A stretch of 39,983 nucleotides of DNA from Campylobacterota bacterium (GCA_034717975.1 JAYEMF010000039.1:12757-52739), one strand, 5' to 3'; counted from the first letter of the stretch, positions 1 to 9,335 are shown. The notes: a model not told the origin generated them from the letters alone. Numbers and translations are program-made.

Positions 1-75
1 TTCCAGATTCACCCGGAGCAGTCTACTTCGGCATTAATTGTTTATCATCCGGAAGCTACTTATTACAACGTTTAA
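1..75 (+). CDS. metH: 3' end of cobalamin-dependent methionine synthase (partial; may be the true end or a further repeat copy)
   Basis: Frame 1 reads FQIHPEQSTSALIVYHPEATYYNV*, the recognisable MetH C-terminus. Confidence 0.85.
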   Translation, partial: FQIHPEQSTSALIVYHPEATYYNV

Positions 76-98
76 TAGAACGGTTTTTATTTAGCTAC

Positions 99-148
99 TT
101 TACTCCCTAAAAACATGCCAACGGCATATTTTCTTAACGGGAGATATC
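99..148 (-). repeat. GATAYCTCCY...RGGAGTAAA hairpin motif, copy A
   Basis: Reverse complement GATATCTCCCGTTAAGAAAATATGCCGTTGGCATGTTTTTAGGGAGTAAA matches 39765-39807 (36/43) and 39807-39857. Confidence 0.8.
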
Positions 149-149
149 T

Positions 150-224
150 TTCCAGATTCACCCGGAGCAGTCTACTTCTGCTTTAGTGGTTTATCATCCT
201 GAAGCTACTTATTACAACGTATAA
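150..224 (+). pseudogene. metH: Duplicated metH 3' tip (24 codons plus stop, no start)
   Basis: 69/75 nt identical to 1-75; reads FQIHPEQSTSALVVYHPEATYYNV*. Confidence 0.9.
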
Positions 225-258
225 GTTTCTTTGTAGAGCCTGTCTATCGACGATTTTC

Positions 259-654
259 TTTCTTTTTGATTTCGGCAAAAAGAAATAAACAAAGAAAAAG
301 CTCGAGAACCAGCAGAAGGTGGGTTGGCTTTTTGATAAAAGTAGCTGGATGTTGCCTGTTTAGCTGAAGAGCTTAAGAGATCAGTAATACCAGGATGATA
401 TTACAACGCCTGCGTTGTATTTCGCTATGCGAAATCAATTATCATCAATGCGTTCCCCATTAGATAAACTCTTGTGCATTTGGAAAACAAAAAAATCTTT
501 AAAAAATTGCGTTAAGAAAATCCATCTGTTTGAGCAAAGCGAGTTTTGGATTTTTAGTAATTTTTTAAAGGTTTTTTTGGCACTTCCAGCAAGGAAGTTT
601 TCCAACCGGCACAAGGCGCTTTTTGCTTACTTTTTTGCAAGCAAAAAAAGTAAG
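259..654. repeat. Highly structured non-coding region (repeat element or ncRNA)
   Basis: Terminal hairpins 259-285 and 626-654; junction 394-446; long nested stem 471-615. Confidence 0.55.
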
Positions 655-666
655 AGAGAAACCTTG

Positions 667-1419
667 TTAATTTACTGTCGGCCAGGAAGCTTCAAAGGTC
701 TGACGAACCTCACCCTTAAACGTAATAACCCCATCAACAAGCCCAAGATAAAGCGTCTCCCCGCTTGTAGGGTAAACCTCAGCCTTATTTCCGACCACCT
801 TCTCCTGATTGGCACGATAAAAACAAGCCGCCATCCCGGTCCCGCAGGCAAGGGTCTCATTCTCAACACCGCGCTCATAGGTACGTACACGCAAAGAACC
901 ATTTTCATTGACTTTCGCAATATTCACATTGGCATTGTATTGATGACGAAGCACACGGGCCTCTTCAATATCAAAATTTTCGATATCGGCATCGAAGGTG
1001 ACAAGATGCGGCACACCCGTATCGATCAGCCACCACGTTTTATTACCTGACCCAATGCTTCTGTCGTGGATAACCGGCGGCGTCAGATCACTTTGGACCA
1101 TCCAACCATCGACTTGCGCTTTGATCTCTCCGGCCTGCGTCAGAAATGACATACGCTCAGGCGCCAGTCCGCGCGAAGCGGCGTAGTGTGCACAGGCACG
1201 GCTGCCATTGCCACACATCTCTGCTTCGGAACCGTCAGAGTTATAGAACTGCCACTCAAAATCATACTCTTTATGGGGGATCAGGACAATCAATCCATCC
1301 GCACCGATGCCGTTTTGACGATCACACAATTCACGGGCTAATCCGGAACGATCTTTTTTGATAAAGGTATGAAAGAGGACAAAATCATTTCCGTTGGCAC
1401 TGTATTTGGCAATCATCAT
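667..1419 (-). CDS. dapF: Diaminopimelate epimerase
   Basis: GNDF, GIGADG, EMCGNG, TGVPH and ERG..ETLACGTG motifs. Confidence 0.97.
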   Translation of the reverse strand: MMIAKYSANGNDFVLFHTFIKKDRSGLARELCDRQNGIGADGLIVLIPHKEYDFEWQFYNSDGSEAEMCGNGSRACAHYAASRGLAPERMSFLTQAGEIKAQVDGWMVQSDLTPPVIHDRSIGSGNKTWWLIDTGVPHLVTFDADIENFDIEEARVLRHQYNANVNIAKVNENGSLRVRTYERGVENETLACGTGMAACFYRANQEKVVGNKAEVYPTSGETLYLGLVDGVITFKGEVRQTFEASWPTVN

Positions 1420-1428
1420 AGTAATCCC

Positions 1429-2031
1429 TTAATGTTTGTAATCGAATTTCTTTTTGATCATATCGACAAAGTTTTCGCATTCCTGTTGCAGATGCTTTAG
1501 ATTGGCACTATTGTCGATCACCCAGGTGGCCCGTTTTTTCTTCTCATCAATATCCATCTGAGACTCGATCCGTCGCAAGGACTCCTCTTCAGAGAAGCCG
1601 TTACGCTTCATAAACCGTTCAAGCTGTGTAGCCTTGGGAGTATAAATCACAACAGAATCTTCAATATCATAGGCACCGGTTTCAAAAAAGAGGGGGATAT
1701 CGATGAGATAGGGGAATTTGAAACTGTCCTGCTTCTCGCTGGCAGTTTCGATCGCTTCGCGGATCTTGGGATGCAAAAACCCTTCAAGTTTGGCTTTAGC
1801 ATCACTGTCGGCAAAGACCAGCTTGCCTAAAGCACTGCGATCTACTTTACCTCTGTTAAGATACTCTGAGCCAAATGCGTCAGCAACCCAGGCACTGTTC
1901 TCATCTAAAAGCTTATGAGCGATCGCATCGGCGTCGATGACACGAAGACCGTTCAACGCCAGCAGCGAAGCGACCGTACTTTTACCGGTAGCGATCCCTC
2001 CGGTCAGTGCAATGGCGTATTGAAAGGCCAT
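1429..2031 (-). CDS. coaE: Dephospho-CoA kinase
   Basis: LTGGIATGKST P-loop, IDAD, DIPLFFE, RIESQM. Confidence 0.97.
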   Translation of the reverse strand: MAFQYAIALTGGIATGKSTVASLLALNGLRVIDADAIAHKLLDENSAWVADAFGSEYLNRGKVDRSALGKLVFADSDAKAKLEGFLHPKIREAIETASEKQDSFKFPYLIDIPLFFETGAYDIEDSVVIYTPKATQLERFMKRNGFSEEESLRRIESQMDIDEKKKRATWVIDNSANLKHLQQECENFVDMIKKKFDYKH

Positions 2032-2582
2032 TAGTTGCGGATCACCCCGAGGTAAGCTTTGCGGATATAGTTTGGCATAGCAAACGCAGCCTGGTGGATA
2101 TCGCAGTTATAGTACTGCTGACCTTCAAGCAGGTCCGTACGCTGTAAGATCACATCGGCTGTCGGATGATACTCTTTTGAGGCAAGCAGCAGTGTTTCGC
2201 CGGCACCGGTTGTATATGGCATGATGATCTTAAAGTAGCTGCCCAACTGTCCCATTAACACCGTATTGGCCTGTTCATCATCAAGTGATGGATGTTTCAT
2301 GACAACCAAACCGTCATCTTTAAGAATACGACTGATATGTGCGATCATTGCCGCATCGGCAGAGGCTTCCATCAGAACAACATCGCTGCTCTGATCGGCT
2401 GCTTCACGCAACCCGTCAAGCGCGTTAGAAGCGGCAACCACTGCGGTCTCTGCACCGCTGTAACGGGCAATCTCTTCTTGAAGTGCGTCAGCACTGTCGC
2501 TGACAACTAAAATATTTTCTGGTTTTTTATGGGTACATAGTGGAATATGTACCATCATTTCCGGGTAAATAAATGGTTTCAT
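2031..2582 (-). CDS. speE: Short spermidine synthase-like protein
   Basis: YPEMMVHIPLCTHKKPENILV and YYNCDIHQAAFAMP; ATG at 2582 after AGGA. Confidence 0.75.
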   Translation of the reverse strand: MKPFIYPEMMVHIPLCTHKKPENILVVSDSADALQEEIARYSGAETAVVAASNALDGLREAADQSSDVVLMEASADAAMIAHISRILKDDGLVVMKHPSLDDEQANTVLMGQLGSYFKIIMPYTTGAGETLLLASKEYHPTADVILQRTDLLEGQQYYNCDIHQAAFAMPNYIRKAYLGVIRN

Positions 2583-2673
2583 CAAACATCCTGGTAATTA
2601 ATTAGCGCGATTTTAGCATAGCTGTATTAAAAGTCATTAAAAAGCTTTATTTTGCCATAGTGTTAAGCTTTAA

Positions 2674-2714
2674 TTGATATTAATCATAAGTATCTGTTCC
2701 AGGTAAGGTATAAT
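2674..2714 (+). promoter_or_regulatory. Crp/Fnr-type box plus sigma70 -10
   Basis: TTGAT-atta-ATCAT at 2674-2687 and TATAAT at 2709-2714. Confidence 0.5.
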
Positions 2715-2742
2715 GCGGAAAAATTTTATCTAAAGGTCTCTT

Positions 2743-2940
2743 GTGAACGTCAATAAAATTAGAAAAGTATGTCGTCCTTTCCGTATAGTTCTTGGAGTTG
2801 CTTTGATTGCAACCGGTTTTTTTACCGGTAATCCTTGGTTCTACTTAGGGGTTATTCCTTTGATCGCAGGGGTCACCAACTTCTGTCCCCTTTGCATCAT
2901 TACCAAAGAGTGCGACCTTCCAGAAACTCAAACCAACTAG
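2743..2940 (+). CDS. DUF2892 (YgaP-like) small membrane protein
   Basis: Two hydrophobic segments, LGVIPLIAGVTNFCPL; GTG start. Confidence 0.85.
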   Translation: MNVNKIRKVCRPFRIVLGVALIATGFFTGNPWFYLGVIPLIAGVTNFCPLCIITKECDLPETQTN

Positions 2941-2951
2941 GAGAGCTGTCC

Positions 2952-3173
2952 ATGTGTGCTGAAAGAATTCAACGTTTTTTGATGGCGATTGTCATCACGA
3001 TCGCCATGGTTATGTTCATGACCGGCAACATACAGATCGCCGTTGTCCTGCAAACCTTTGTCATTATCATGATCGTTGTCTGGGCATTGGCTGACTTCTG
3101 CCCTTCGCTCTGGGTATTCAAAAAGATATTTGGCTCATGCCACGACACGTATGAACGGTTAGATGAGCACTAA
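2952..3173 (+). CDS. DUF2892-like small membrane protein
   Basis: AGGAGAG SD then MCAERIQRFLMA...DFCPS; start reassigned from the ORF track. Confidence 0.75.
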   Translation: MCAERIQRFLMAIVITIAMVMFMTGNIQIAVVLQTFVIIMIVVWALADFCPSLWVFKKIFGSCHDTYERLDEH

Positions 3174-3251
3174 GCCTGCCGGGCAGTCTACTTAAACCCC
3201 TCATTACCTCCCCTTTGCTATACTTCGCATATTAATTTATGCGGAGTTCTC

Positions 3252-4247
3252 ATGAGCCAGATCAGCTATAAAGATGCCGGTGTCGATATTGATGCCGGAA
3301 ACAGTTTTGTCGACAATATCAAGCCTCTTGTCAAATCTACTAAAATCCCGGGTGTCCTTGGCGGTATCGGTTCGTTTGCCGGAGCCTTTGAACTTCCGAC
3401 CGGCTACAAAGAGCCTGTTATGCTCGCTGCCACGGATGGTGTCGGTACGAAACTGAAACTGGCCATAGATTCGGGTATCCACAACACTGTCGGCATCGAT
3501 CTTGTTGCCATGTGTGTCAATGATCTCATCTGTAACTTCGGAACACCCTCTTTCTTCCTGGACTACTATGCCACCGGCAAACTCGAAGTCGATGTGGCAA
3601 CCAATGTTGTCGCCGGGATCGCCGAAGGGTGCCGTCAGTCGGAGTGTGCGCTTATCGGCGGTGAGACAGCAGAGATGCCGGGCATGTACAGCGAAGATGA
3701 TTACGATCTGGCCGGCTTTGCTGTCGGTATCGCTGAAAAGAGCGAATTAGACCGTACCTCAAAAGTAGAAGCCGGCGACAAGCTGATCGCCCTGCCAAGT
3801 TCAGGCATCCACTCCAACGGTTTCTCACTGGCGCGCAAGGTACTGTTTGAAAAAATGGGAATGAAATTTGACGATGAGTTCAATGGCAAACCACTGATCG
3901 AGACCCTGCTCGAGCCGACACGTATCTACGTCAAAACCTTTAAAGCCAACAAAGAGAAGATTCAGGCGATGGCACATATTACAGGCGGCGGTATCGTTGA
4001 AAACCTGCCACGTGTCCTGCCGGACAACCTGAAAGCTGTTATTACAGAGAGCAGTATAAGAACCCTGCCTATCTTTGACCTTATCGGAGAGCATGTCGAA
4101 CGCAGCGAAATGTTCCGTGCTTTCAACATGGGTGTCGGTATGGTACTGGTTGTCCGTGAAACAGATATTGATGCCGTTCTTGCCAGTACAGATGGCTACC
4201 TGATCGGCCATATCGAAGCAGGTACCAAAGAAGCCGTACTCGTTTAA
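3252..4247 (+). CDS. purM: AIR synthetase (phosphoribosylformylglycinamidine cyclo-ligase)
   Basis: [34 protein letters not shown]; extended -10 TGCTATACT at 3216-3224. Confidence 0.98.
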   Translation: MSQISYKDAGVDIDAGNSFVDNIKPLVKSTKIPGVLGGIGSFAGAFELPTGYKEPVMLAATDGVGTKLKLAIDSGIHNTVGIDLVAMCVNDLICNFGTPSFFLDYYATGKLEVDVATNVVAGIAEGCRQSECALIGGETAEMPGMYSEDDYDLAGFAVGIAEKSELDRTSKVEAGDKLIALPSSGIHSNGFSLARKVLFEKMGMKFDDEFNGKPLIETLLEPTRIYVKTFKANKEKIQAMAHITGGGIVENLPRVLPDNLKAVITESSIRTLPIFDLIGEHVERSEMFRAFNMGVGMVLVVRETDIDAVLASTDGYLIGHIEAGTKEAVLV

Positions 4248-4333
4248 AAACACCTGATCTATATAGAGATGGGCCATGCCCTCTCTGTCACCTATGTTAT
4301 ACTCTCCTCTAATTCTTAACCCAAAGAAATATA

Positions 4334-6889
4334 ATGCAATCAATTCATTCTGTTATCACCTGGCGTTTTTTCAGACAGGCACTCATACCGATCCTTATTG
4401 TTGAAACCTCCCTTGTCCTCACTCTTTTTCTTCTGAATGATTATCAGTCAAAGAGCAATAAACAGGCACTGCAGGAGATTACAAAAGAGAGTTTCCAAGA
4501 GATTGCCCTTCAAACCTCGGGTTCAATTGCCAAACGCTTTGCCTACGATCGTTTAAACCTCACCCAGATCCAGAAAATAACAGACATCCTGCTCATGCAT
4601 GCCCAAAATTTCACTGTCTCTCCCAACTCATGGCACTACCGTGACAGTTTTTTCCAGCTTAATCTGAAAGAGCCGGATGCCCAAGGATTCTATCCGCTTC
4701 CGGCCTCAGAAAAAACGGCTATCTATACAACAAATCTCACTAAACTCGGCGACGAAGATTATAAGTCACTTACCGCTTTAAGCCTGCTGCTTCCCTCTAT
4801 CAGAGCAACAGTCGATACGCAAAACGACCTGATCTCGGCTGCCTGGATCAATATCGACAAACGCTACGCTATGGCCTATCCGCCGATCAATCCGGCTGAA
4901 GAGCTTTCTCATGATCTGGATGTCACGCAGTACCCTTTTTATTATCTGGCTGATCCTGAGCACAATCCCTCCCGAAAAGCTGTTTTTATACCTCTATATA
5001 AAGAATCATGGGCCATCGACAATGGCGAGCTTGGAGCCTATCTGATGCCGATCTACAAAGAAGATCAGTTTTTGGGTGTAATCGGATTGACGCTCACCGG
5101 CAAAGCCGTTGCCGATGTCATTCAGATGATGGATCTTCCGTTCAACGCCTACGCCCTGCTAGTCGATAGAGAGAATCACCTGATCGTCTCTTCCGATCCG
5201 GAAGCTGCTTATCGCGATTTCAACCGCCACTCCTTTTATGAGCTCTATCTGCATCCTGAGTATAAAGAGCGGTCATTGATGCAGTTAGACCTCAACATGA
5301 AGGATGCAGATGACAATATCCTGTTTCGCCAGCCCATTCCCGATAGCGAATTAACACTCATCATCTGTGCAAAAAAAGAAGATGTATTTGCCACTGTCAA
5401 CACTATCACCAAACATAATGCCACGATAGGGTATGCTTTTGTCATTGGTATCGCTGTTTTCTATTTTTTCTTCTCATTCTTCAGCTACCGTTCGATCAGA
5501 CGGCTAGCCACCACCATCACCTCGCCGCTTCAATCGATTGTCGCCTTCTCCTCAAAGCTTGGCCGCAAGGAGGATGTCACCCTCGAAGAGAGCAGTATCG
5601 ATGAGCTCCAGGAGCTGAACAGCAACCTTAACGAAACCCATGAAAAGCTGCTTCAGATGGTCATTAAAGATGAGGCCACCGGCCTCTACAATCGCCATAA
5701 ACTGATTGAAGACCTTGCCAATGAAGAGGCCCGGTCACTCATGCTGATCCAGCTGAGCAACTACAAAACCCTCCATAACCTCTACGGGCAGGAAGCTGCC
5801 GATACAGTTGTATCGGGCATCGTCAATGAACTGAAAAAGCATACTGCTATCCAGTCATATCGCATCGGAGACGATGATTTTGCCGTCTTGTCACACCAAA
5901 AGACGATGGAGCCGTTTACAGTTCTTTTTGATGCACTTTCATCCCTGACCATCTCCTTCGAATCCATCCAAATCCACCCCTTTCTCTTTGCCGGAATGGC
6001 CGGTAAAGACGATAGCAGTATCTCACTGATCGAGCAGGCCGGCATGGCACTGCTTCATGCCCAGCGCAGTATTGCCTCATACCCGGTCTGCTATAAAGAC
6101 GCTCAGATGATCAAAGAGGAGTTCGAAAACAACCTCAGCTTGTCAAACCGCCTCAATCAGGCCCTTAAAGAGGATCGTCTTCTTCCCTATTTTCAGCCTA
6201 TCTTCAACCTGAAAACCAATAAAATCGACAAATTTGAATCCCTGGTACGGATGATTGATGGTGACGATGTGATCTCGCCATTACATTTTCTTCCACCAGC
6301 AGCAGCCATGGGGAAAACCCATGAAATCACCAGGATCATGATCGATAAAGTCCTTCGAACCGCCGCACACTATCCGGACGTCAGTTTCAATATCAATATC
6401 TCGTTTAAAGATTTTGAGGAGTTTGACCTGATCGGCTATATTCAGTCTCGATGTGAAATGTACCAGGTTTCGCCGAAACAGATCACCTTCGAACTGCTCG
6501 AAACAGATGCGATCAACAATGCCGAGCTCGTTCTCAAAGGGATCAGCAGACTCAAACATGCCGGTTTCAGCATCGCCATCGATGATTTCGGATCGGGTCA
6601 CTCCAATTTTGCCCACCTGATGAGCATGCAGGTCGATTACATCAAAATTGACGGACAGTTTGTCAAAAACATCATCAAAGATCCAAACAGTGCCACAATC
6701 ACCAAGACCATTGCACAGTTTGCCTCACTTGTTGGTGCCAAGACAGTCGCTGAGTTTGTCTCCGAAAAAGCTATTCTCAAACGGATCCGTCAATTTGACA
6801 TTGATTACGCCCAAGGTTATGTCATCTCTCCGCCGCTGCCGCAGGGGCAGATCAATGCTATCTTGCATAAAGATTTTAATACGCTTTAG
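4334..6889 (+). CDS. Membrane sensor (Cache-like) GGDEF-EAL protein, probably a c-di-GMP phosphodiesterase
   Basis: Two TM helices around a periplasmic domain; degenerate GDDDF; ESL, FELLE, IDDFGSG, KIDG and AEFV EAL motifs. Confidence 0.85.
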   Translation: MQSIHSVITWRFFRQALIPILIVETSLVLTLFLLNDYQSKSNKQALQEITKESFQEIALQTSGSIAKRFAYDRLNLTQIQKITDILLMHAQNFTVSPNSWHYRDSFFQLNLKEPDAQGFYPLPASEKTAIYTTNLTKLGDEDYKSLTALSLLLPSIRATVDTQNDLISAAWINIDKRYAMAYPPINPAEELSHDLDVTQYPFYYLADPEHNPSRKAVFIPLYKESWAIDNGELGAYLMPIYKEDQFLGVIGLTLTGKAVADVIQMMDLPFNAYALLVDRENHLIVSSDPEAAYRDFNRHSFYELYLHPEYKERSLMQLDLNMKDADDNILFRQPIPDSELTLIICAKKEDVFATVNTITKHNATIGYAFVIGIAVFYFFFSFFSYRSIRRLATTITSPLQSIVAFSSKLGRKEDVTLEESSIDELQELNSNLNETHEKLLQMVIKDEATGLYNRHKLIEDLANEEARSLMLIQLSNYKTLHNLYGQEAADTVVSGIVNELKKHTAIQSYRIGDDDFAVLSHQKTMEPFTVLFDALSSLTISFESIQIHPFLFAGMAGKDDSSISLIEQAGMALLHAQRSIASYPVCYKDAQMIKEEFENNLSLSNRLNQALKEDRLLPYFQPIFNLKTNKIDKFESLVRMIDGDDVISPLHFLPPAAAMGKTHEITRIMIDKVLRTAAHYPDVSFNINISFKDFEEFDLIGYIQSRCEMYQVSPKQITFELLETDAINNAELVLKGISRLKHAGFSIAIDDFGSGHSNFAHLMSMQVDYIKIDGQFVKNIIKDPNSATITKTIAQFASLVGAKTVAEFVSEKAILKRIRQFDIDYAQGYVISPPLPQGQINAILHKDFNTL

Positions 6890-6949
6890 GAAAACAATTG
6901 GAGAGTTCTAAAAGTAAAATATAAGTGTGGCGGCTATCCCGGGTTTAAT

Positions 6950-6987
6950 AAATGAAGAAAACGAAATGCAAGGGGGAAGCATTTCGT
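6950..6987 (-). terminator. Intrinsic terminator after ccoG
   Basis: 9-bp stem ACGAAATGC/GCATTTCGT followed by a T-rich tail on the minus strand. Confidence 0.6.
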
Positions 6988-7023
6988 AAAAATTAAGGAG
7001 GGGTTGAAGTAAAGGCTTAGCCT

Positions 7024-8457
7024 CTACTTCGCATTTGTGATGACATCGGCACGAGGGAAGGTAAACGTTGACTGACGATCGACGACAATCTTCTCTTTGG
7101 CGTCCGTTGCATATGCATGGATCGTAATCGGGATCACGGTATCTTTGCGTGGATCATTAACAAGCATCTCTGTTGTTGTCAGGGTAACGATCTTTTTCTT
7201 TTTAATACCTGGTCTTGCTTTAAACGGTTTTGTCGGGCGGTCGATCTTGATCTTGCCTTCCATTCCGGCGGGAACAATAACATCAAAATAGTACGTGTGA
7301 TCTTCATTCTGCGTATTTTGCAGCAAGAAGATATAGGAGTTGTCTACTTTTACTTTCCCATCCACAGTACGCTCAACCGAGTAGAGACGATTCTCTTTAT
7401 TGATGTTAAGAAGCATATACTCTTTCTTGCTTCCCATCATCCCTAAAATAATGGTAATAATCACAAGAATAGCGATATAACCTAGAATCTTCGGACGGAA
7501 ATAGCTGGTTTTACCATTTTGGTGAATAACCTCTTTATCGCTTGACCAGCGGACAAGACTCTCTTTGCCAAGTTTGCCCATGACCGTAGTACAGGCATCC
7601 ACACACTCCAGACAGTTGATACACTCAAGCTGAAGTCCCTTGCGGATATCGATATGGGTCGGACAGACCGTTACACAGCTTTCACATGCCGTACACTCTG
7701 CAGTCGGTTCAACGGCCTGAATCTCTTTTTGCTTTTCGTAAAGCTTCTCATGATTTTCACTGTAGATCTTACCGCCACGATGCGGATCGTAGATTGCCAT
7801 AACCGTATCATCATCGTAAAGTACTGACTGAATACGCGAATAGGGGCAGACATAGACACACCAGGTCTCTTTGATAAAGACAATGTCCGCCACAAGGAAA
7901 AGTGCCGTAATTACCAGAGTCCCGATCATAGTCATGTGCTCTGCCGGGTTTTGAAGATAAGCGAAAAAGTCTTCCGGTGGCACGAAGAACCATATAAAGT
8001 TTGCCGTTGCCAACAGAGAAAGCAGTGTCCAAAGCAAAATCGCGACAACACGCTTCACCTGGTTTTCCGGTTTGGAGTAGTCAGGCTCCTTCTGCTTGTT
8101 TTTAATACGCTTGCGCAGACCCAGAATTTTAGTCTCTATCAGGTCACGATAGATAACGCGAAAAATAGTCTGCGGACATACCCAGCCACAAAAAACACGA
8201 CCGCCCAGAACCGTCATCCCAAAGATCCCAAGGAAGAGGATCATCAGGATAAACGGCATCAGGTACATCTCCTGCATATCGAACTGGACAAAAGCCAGGT
8301 GCAGTTTCAGTTTGTCAAAACTCAACAGGAAGAAATGGTTTCCATTAACTTTTATCCACGGTAGAACCAAAGAGATCACGGTCATTGCTACAAAAAAGTA
8401 GTACCGCATAATGCGCCAAGAGATCTTTTTCTTTACCGCTTTTACTGCTTCACTCAT
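7024..8457 (-). CDS. ccoG: cbb3 oxidase accessory protein CcoG/FixG
   Basis: GRVFCGWVCPQ, CVYVCPY and two CxxCxxCxxxC clusters. Confidence 0.95.
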   Translation of the reverse strand: MSEAVKAVKKKISWRIMRYYFFVAMTVISLVLPWIKVNGNHFFLLSFDKLKLHLAFVQFDMQEMYLMPFILMILFLGIFGMTVLGGRVFCGWVCPQTIFRVIYRDLIETKILGLRKRIKNKQKEPDYSKPENQVKRVVAILLWTLLSLLATANFIWFFVPPEDFFAYLQNPAEHMTMIGTLVITALFLVADIVFIKETWCVYVCPYSRIQSVLYDDDTVMAIYDPHRGGKIYSENHEKLYEKQKEIQAVEPTAECTACESCVTVCPTHIDIRKGLQLECINCLECVDACTTVMGKLGKESLVRWSSDKEVIHQNGKTSYFRPKILGYIAILVIITIILGMMGSKKEYMLLNINKENRLYSVERTVDGKVKVDNSYIFLLQNTQNEDHTYYFDVIVPAGMEGKIKIDRPTKPFKARPGIKKKKIVTLTTTEMLVNDPRKDTVIPITIHAYATDAKEKIVVDRQSTFTFPRADVITNAK

Positions 8458-8475
8458 TTTACTGTCCTTTTAAAT

Positions 8476-9120
8476 TTATTCTGCCGCTTCAGGGCATTTA
8501 ATGGTATTTAGCACTTTGGCTTCGCCATTATCTATGATGGTCATTTTCAATCCGTTTCGCGCGATCTCTTTAAGCTCACGCGACTCAATGTAATCTTTTA
8601 GCGAACTCCGGCTGACACCGAAAATCCTTGCCATCTCACTAACATTTTTACCTGTTTTAAGATTGTCAATGATCGCATCATGGTATTGGTCAAATTTTGA
8701 TGATGAACGGCTTCCTTTCGGACGCCCTATTGACTTCTTGGCATCTTGTGCCAGTGTCTGTCGCAACTGATCGATCAGTCCCAGGACCAACAGCACATCA
8801 CTATTACGATTGATTATAACAGAGGGGTTTACAAAATGCAATGTATTGCCGTTTTTCAACTGACAGGTCATCATCTGTACCAGATCATCAATATGTGAAC
8901 TAAACGCCCAAATATCATAAACTAAAACTGTACTCTCTTTAAGCGGTCGCAAAAAAGCGATCGCTTCAGGGCGCTCTTCGAGCATTTTATTTTGGGAAGT
9001 CTGATCGATAAACTCCTGATCAACAATCAGGCCTTTGTGCTCGGCATAAGCATTGATCATATTCTGTTGATGGTAGACACCCTCAAAATATTTATCGGAA
9101 CGTGCATAACTTACAATCAT
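8476..9120 (-). CDS. Resolvase-family (serine recombinase-like) protein with C-terminal HTH, degenerate active site
   Basis: MIVSYARSD..Q N-terminus; GRPKGS and MARIFGVSRSSL HTH; AGGAG SD before ATG 9120. Confidence 0.75.
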   Translation of the reverse strand: MIVSYARSDKYFEGVYHQQNMINAYAEHKGLIVDQEFIDQTSQNKMLEERPEAIAFLRPLKESTVLVYDIWAFSSHIDDLVQMMTCQLKNGNTLHFVNPSVIINRNSDVLLVLGLIDQLRQTLAQDAKKSIGRPKGSRSSSKFDQYHDAIIDNLKTGKNVSEMARIFGVSRSSLKDYIESRELKEIARNGLKMTIIDNGEAKVLNTIKCPEAAE

Positions 9121-9147
9121 AACGATAAAACTCCTGGCTTTTTTTAG

Positions 9148-9230
9148 TTTCGTCGTCATTTTAGCCTTTTTTGACGTATTAAGTCAAGTCTTTTTAAAAC
9201 TTTTTTCGTCACTTTGTCATTTTTTGACAA
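9148..9230. promoter_or_regulatory. Cluster of GTCA/TGAC palindromes upstream of the resolvase-like gene
   Basis: CGTCA..TGACG 9154-9176; TTGAC-N7-GTCAA 9171-9187; TTGTCA-N5-TGACAA 9214-9230. Confidence 0.5.
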
Positions 9231-9335
9231 TTTTCCCCGCTAATTACTCAAATCTGATCTTAATACAAAGAGGAGCTCTCTGCCAGCTATTACACGCTTT
9301 TTGGTATAATCACCCTATCTTAGCGAAGGTATTTT

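Noticed and set aside
140..152. GGAGAT-N3-TTTC present near both the metH and aroC (13478-13490) junctions as a shared att motif
   Set aside because: It lies at different positions relative to the two breakpoints and is ordinary coding sequence in aroC; two cases cannot exclude chance.
1..224. Possible CRISPR-like repeat-spacer-repeat
   Set aside because: The repeats are 75 bp, not palindromic, encode the MetH C-terminus, and no cas genes are present.
399..408. TATTACAACG as a third metH tip copy
   Set aside because: Only 10 bp, and explained as one arm of the local TACAACG/CGTTGTA hairpin.
415..1050. 211-aa plus-strand ORF
   Set aside because: TTG start, runs through palindromic AT-rich DNA and antisense to dapF, with no recognisable domain.
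8476..9120. Resolvase-like protein as the integrase of the hicAB cassette
   Set aside because: Its catalytic motifs are degenerate, it is separated from the cassette by core genes, and a 141-bp duplication is not a serine-recombinase product.
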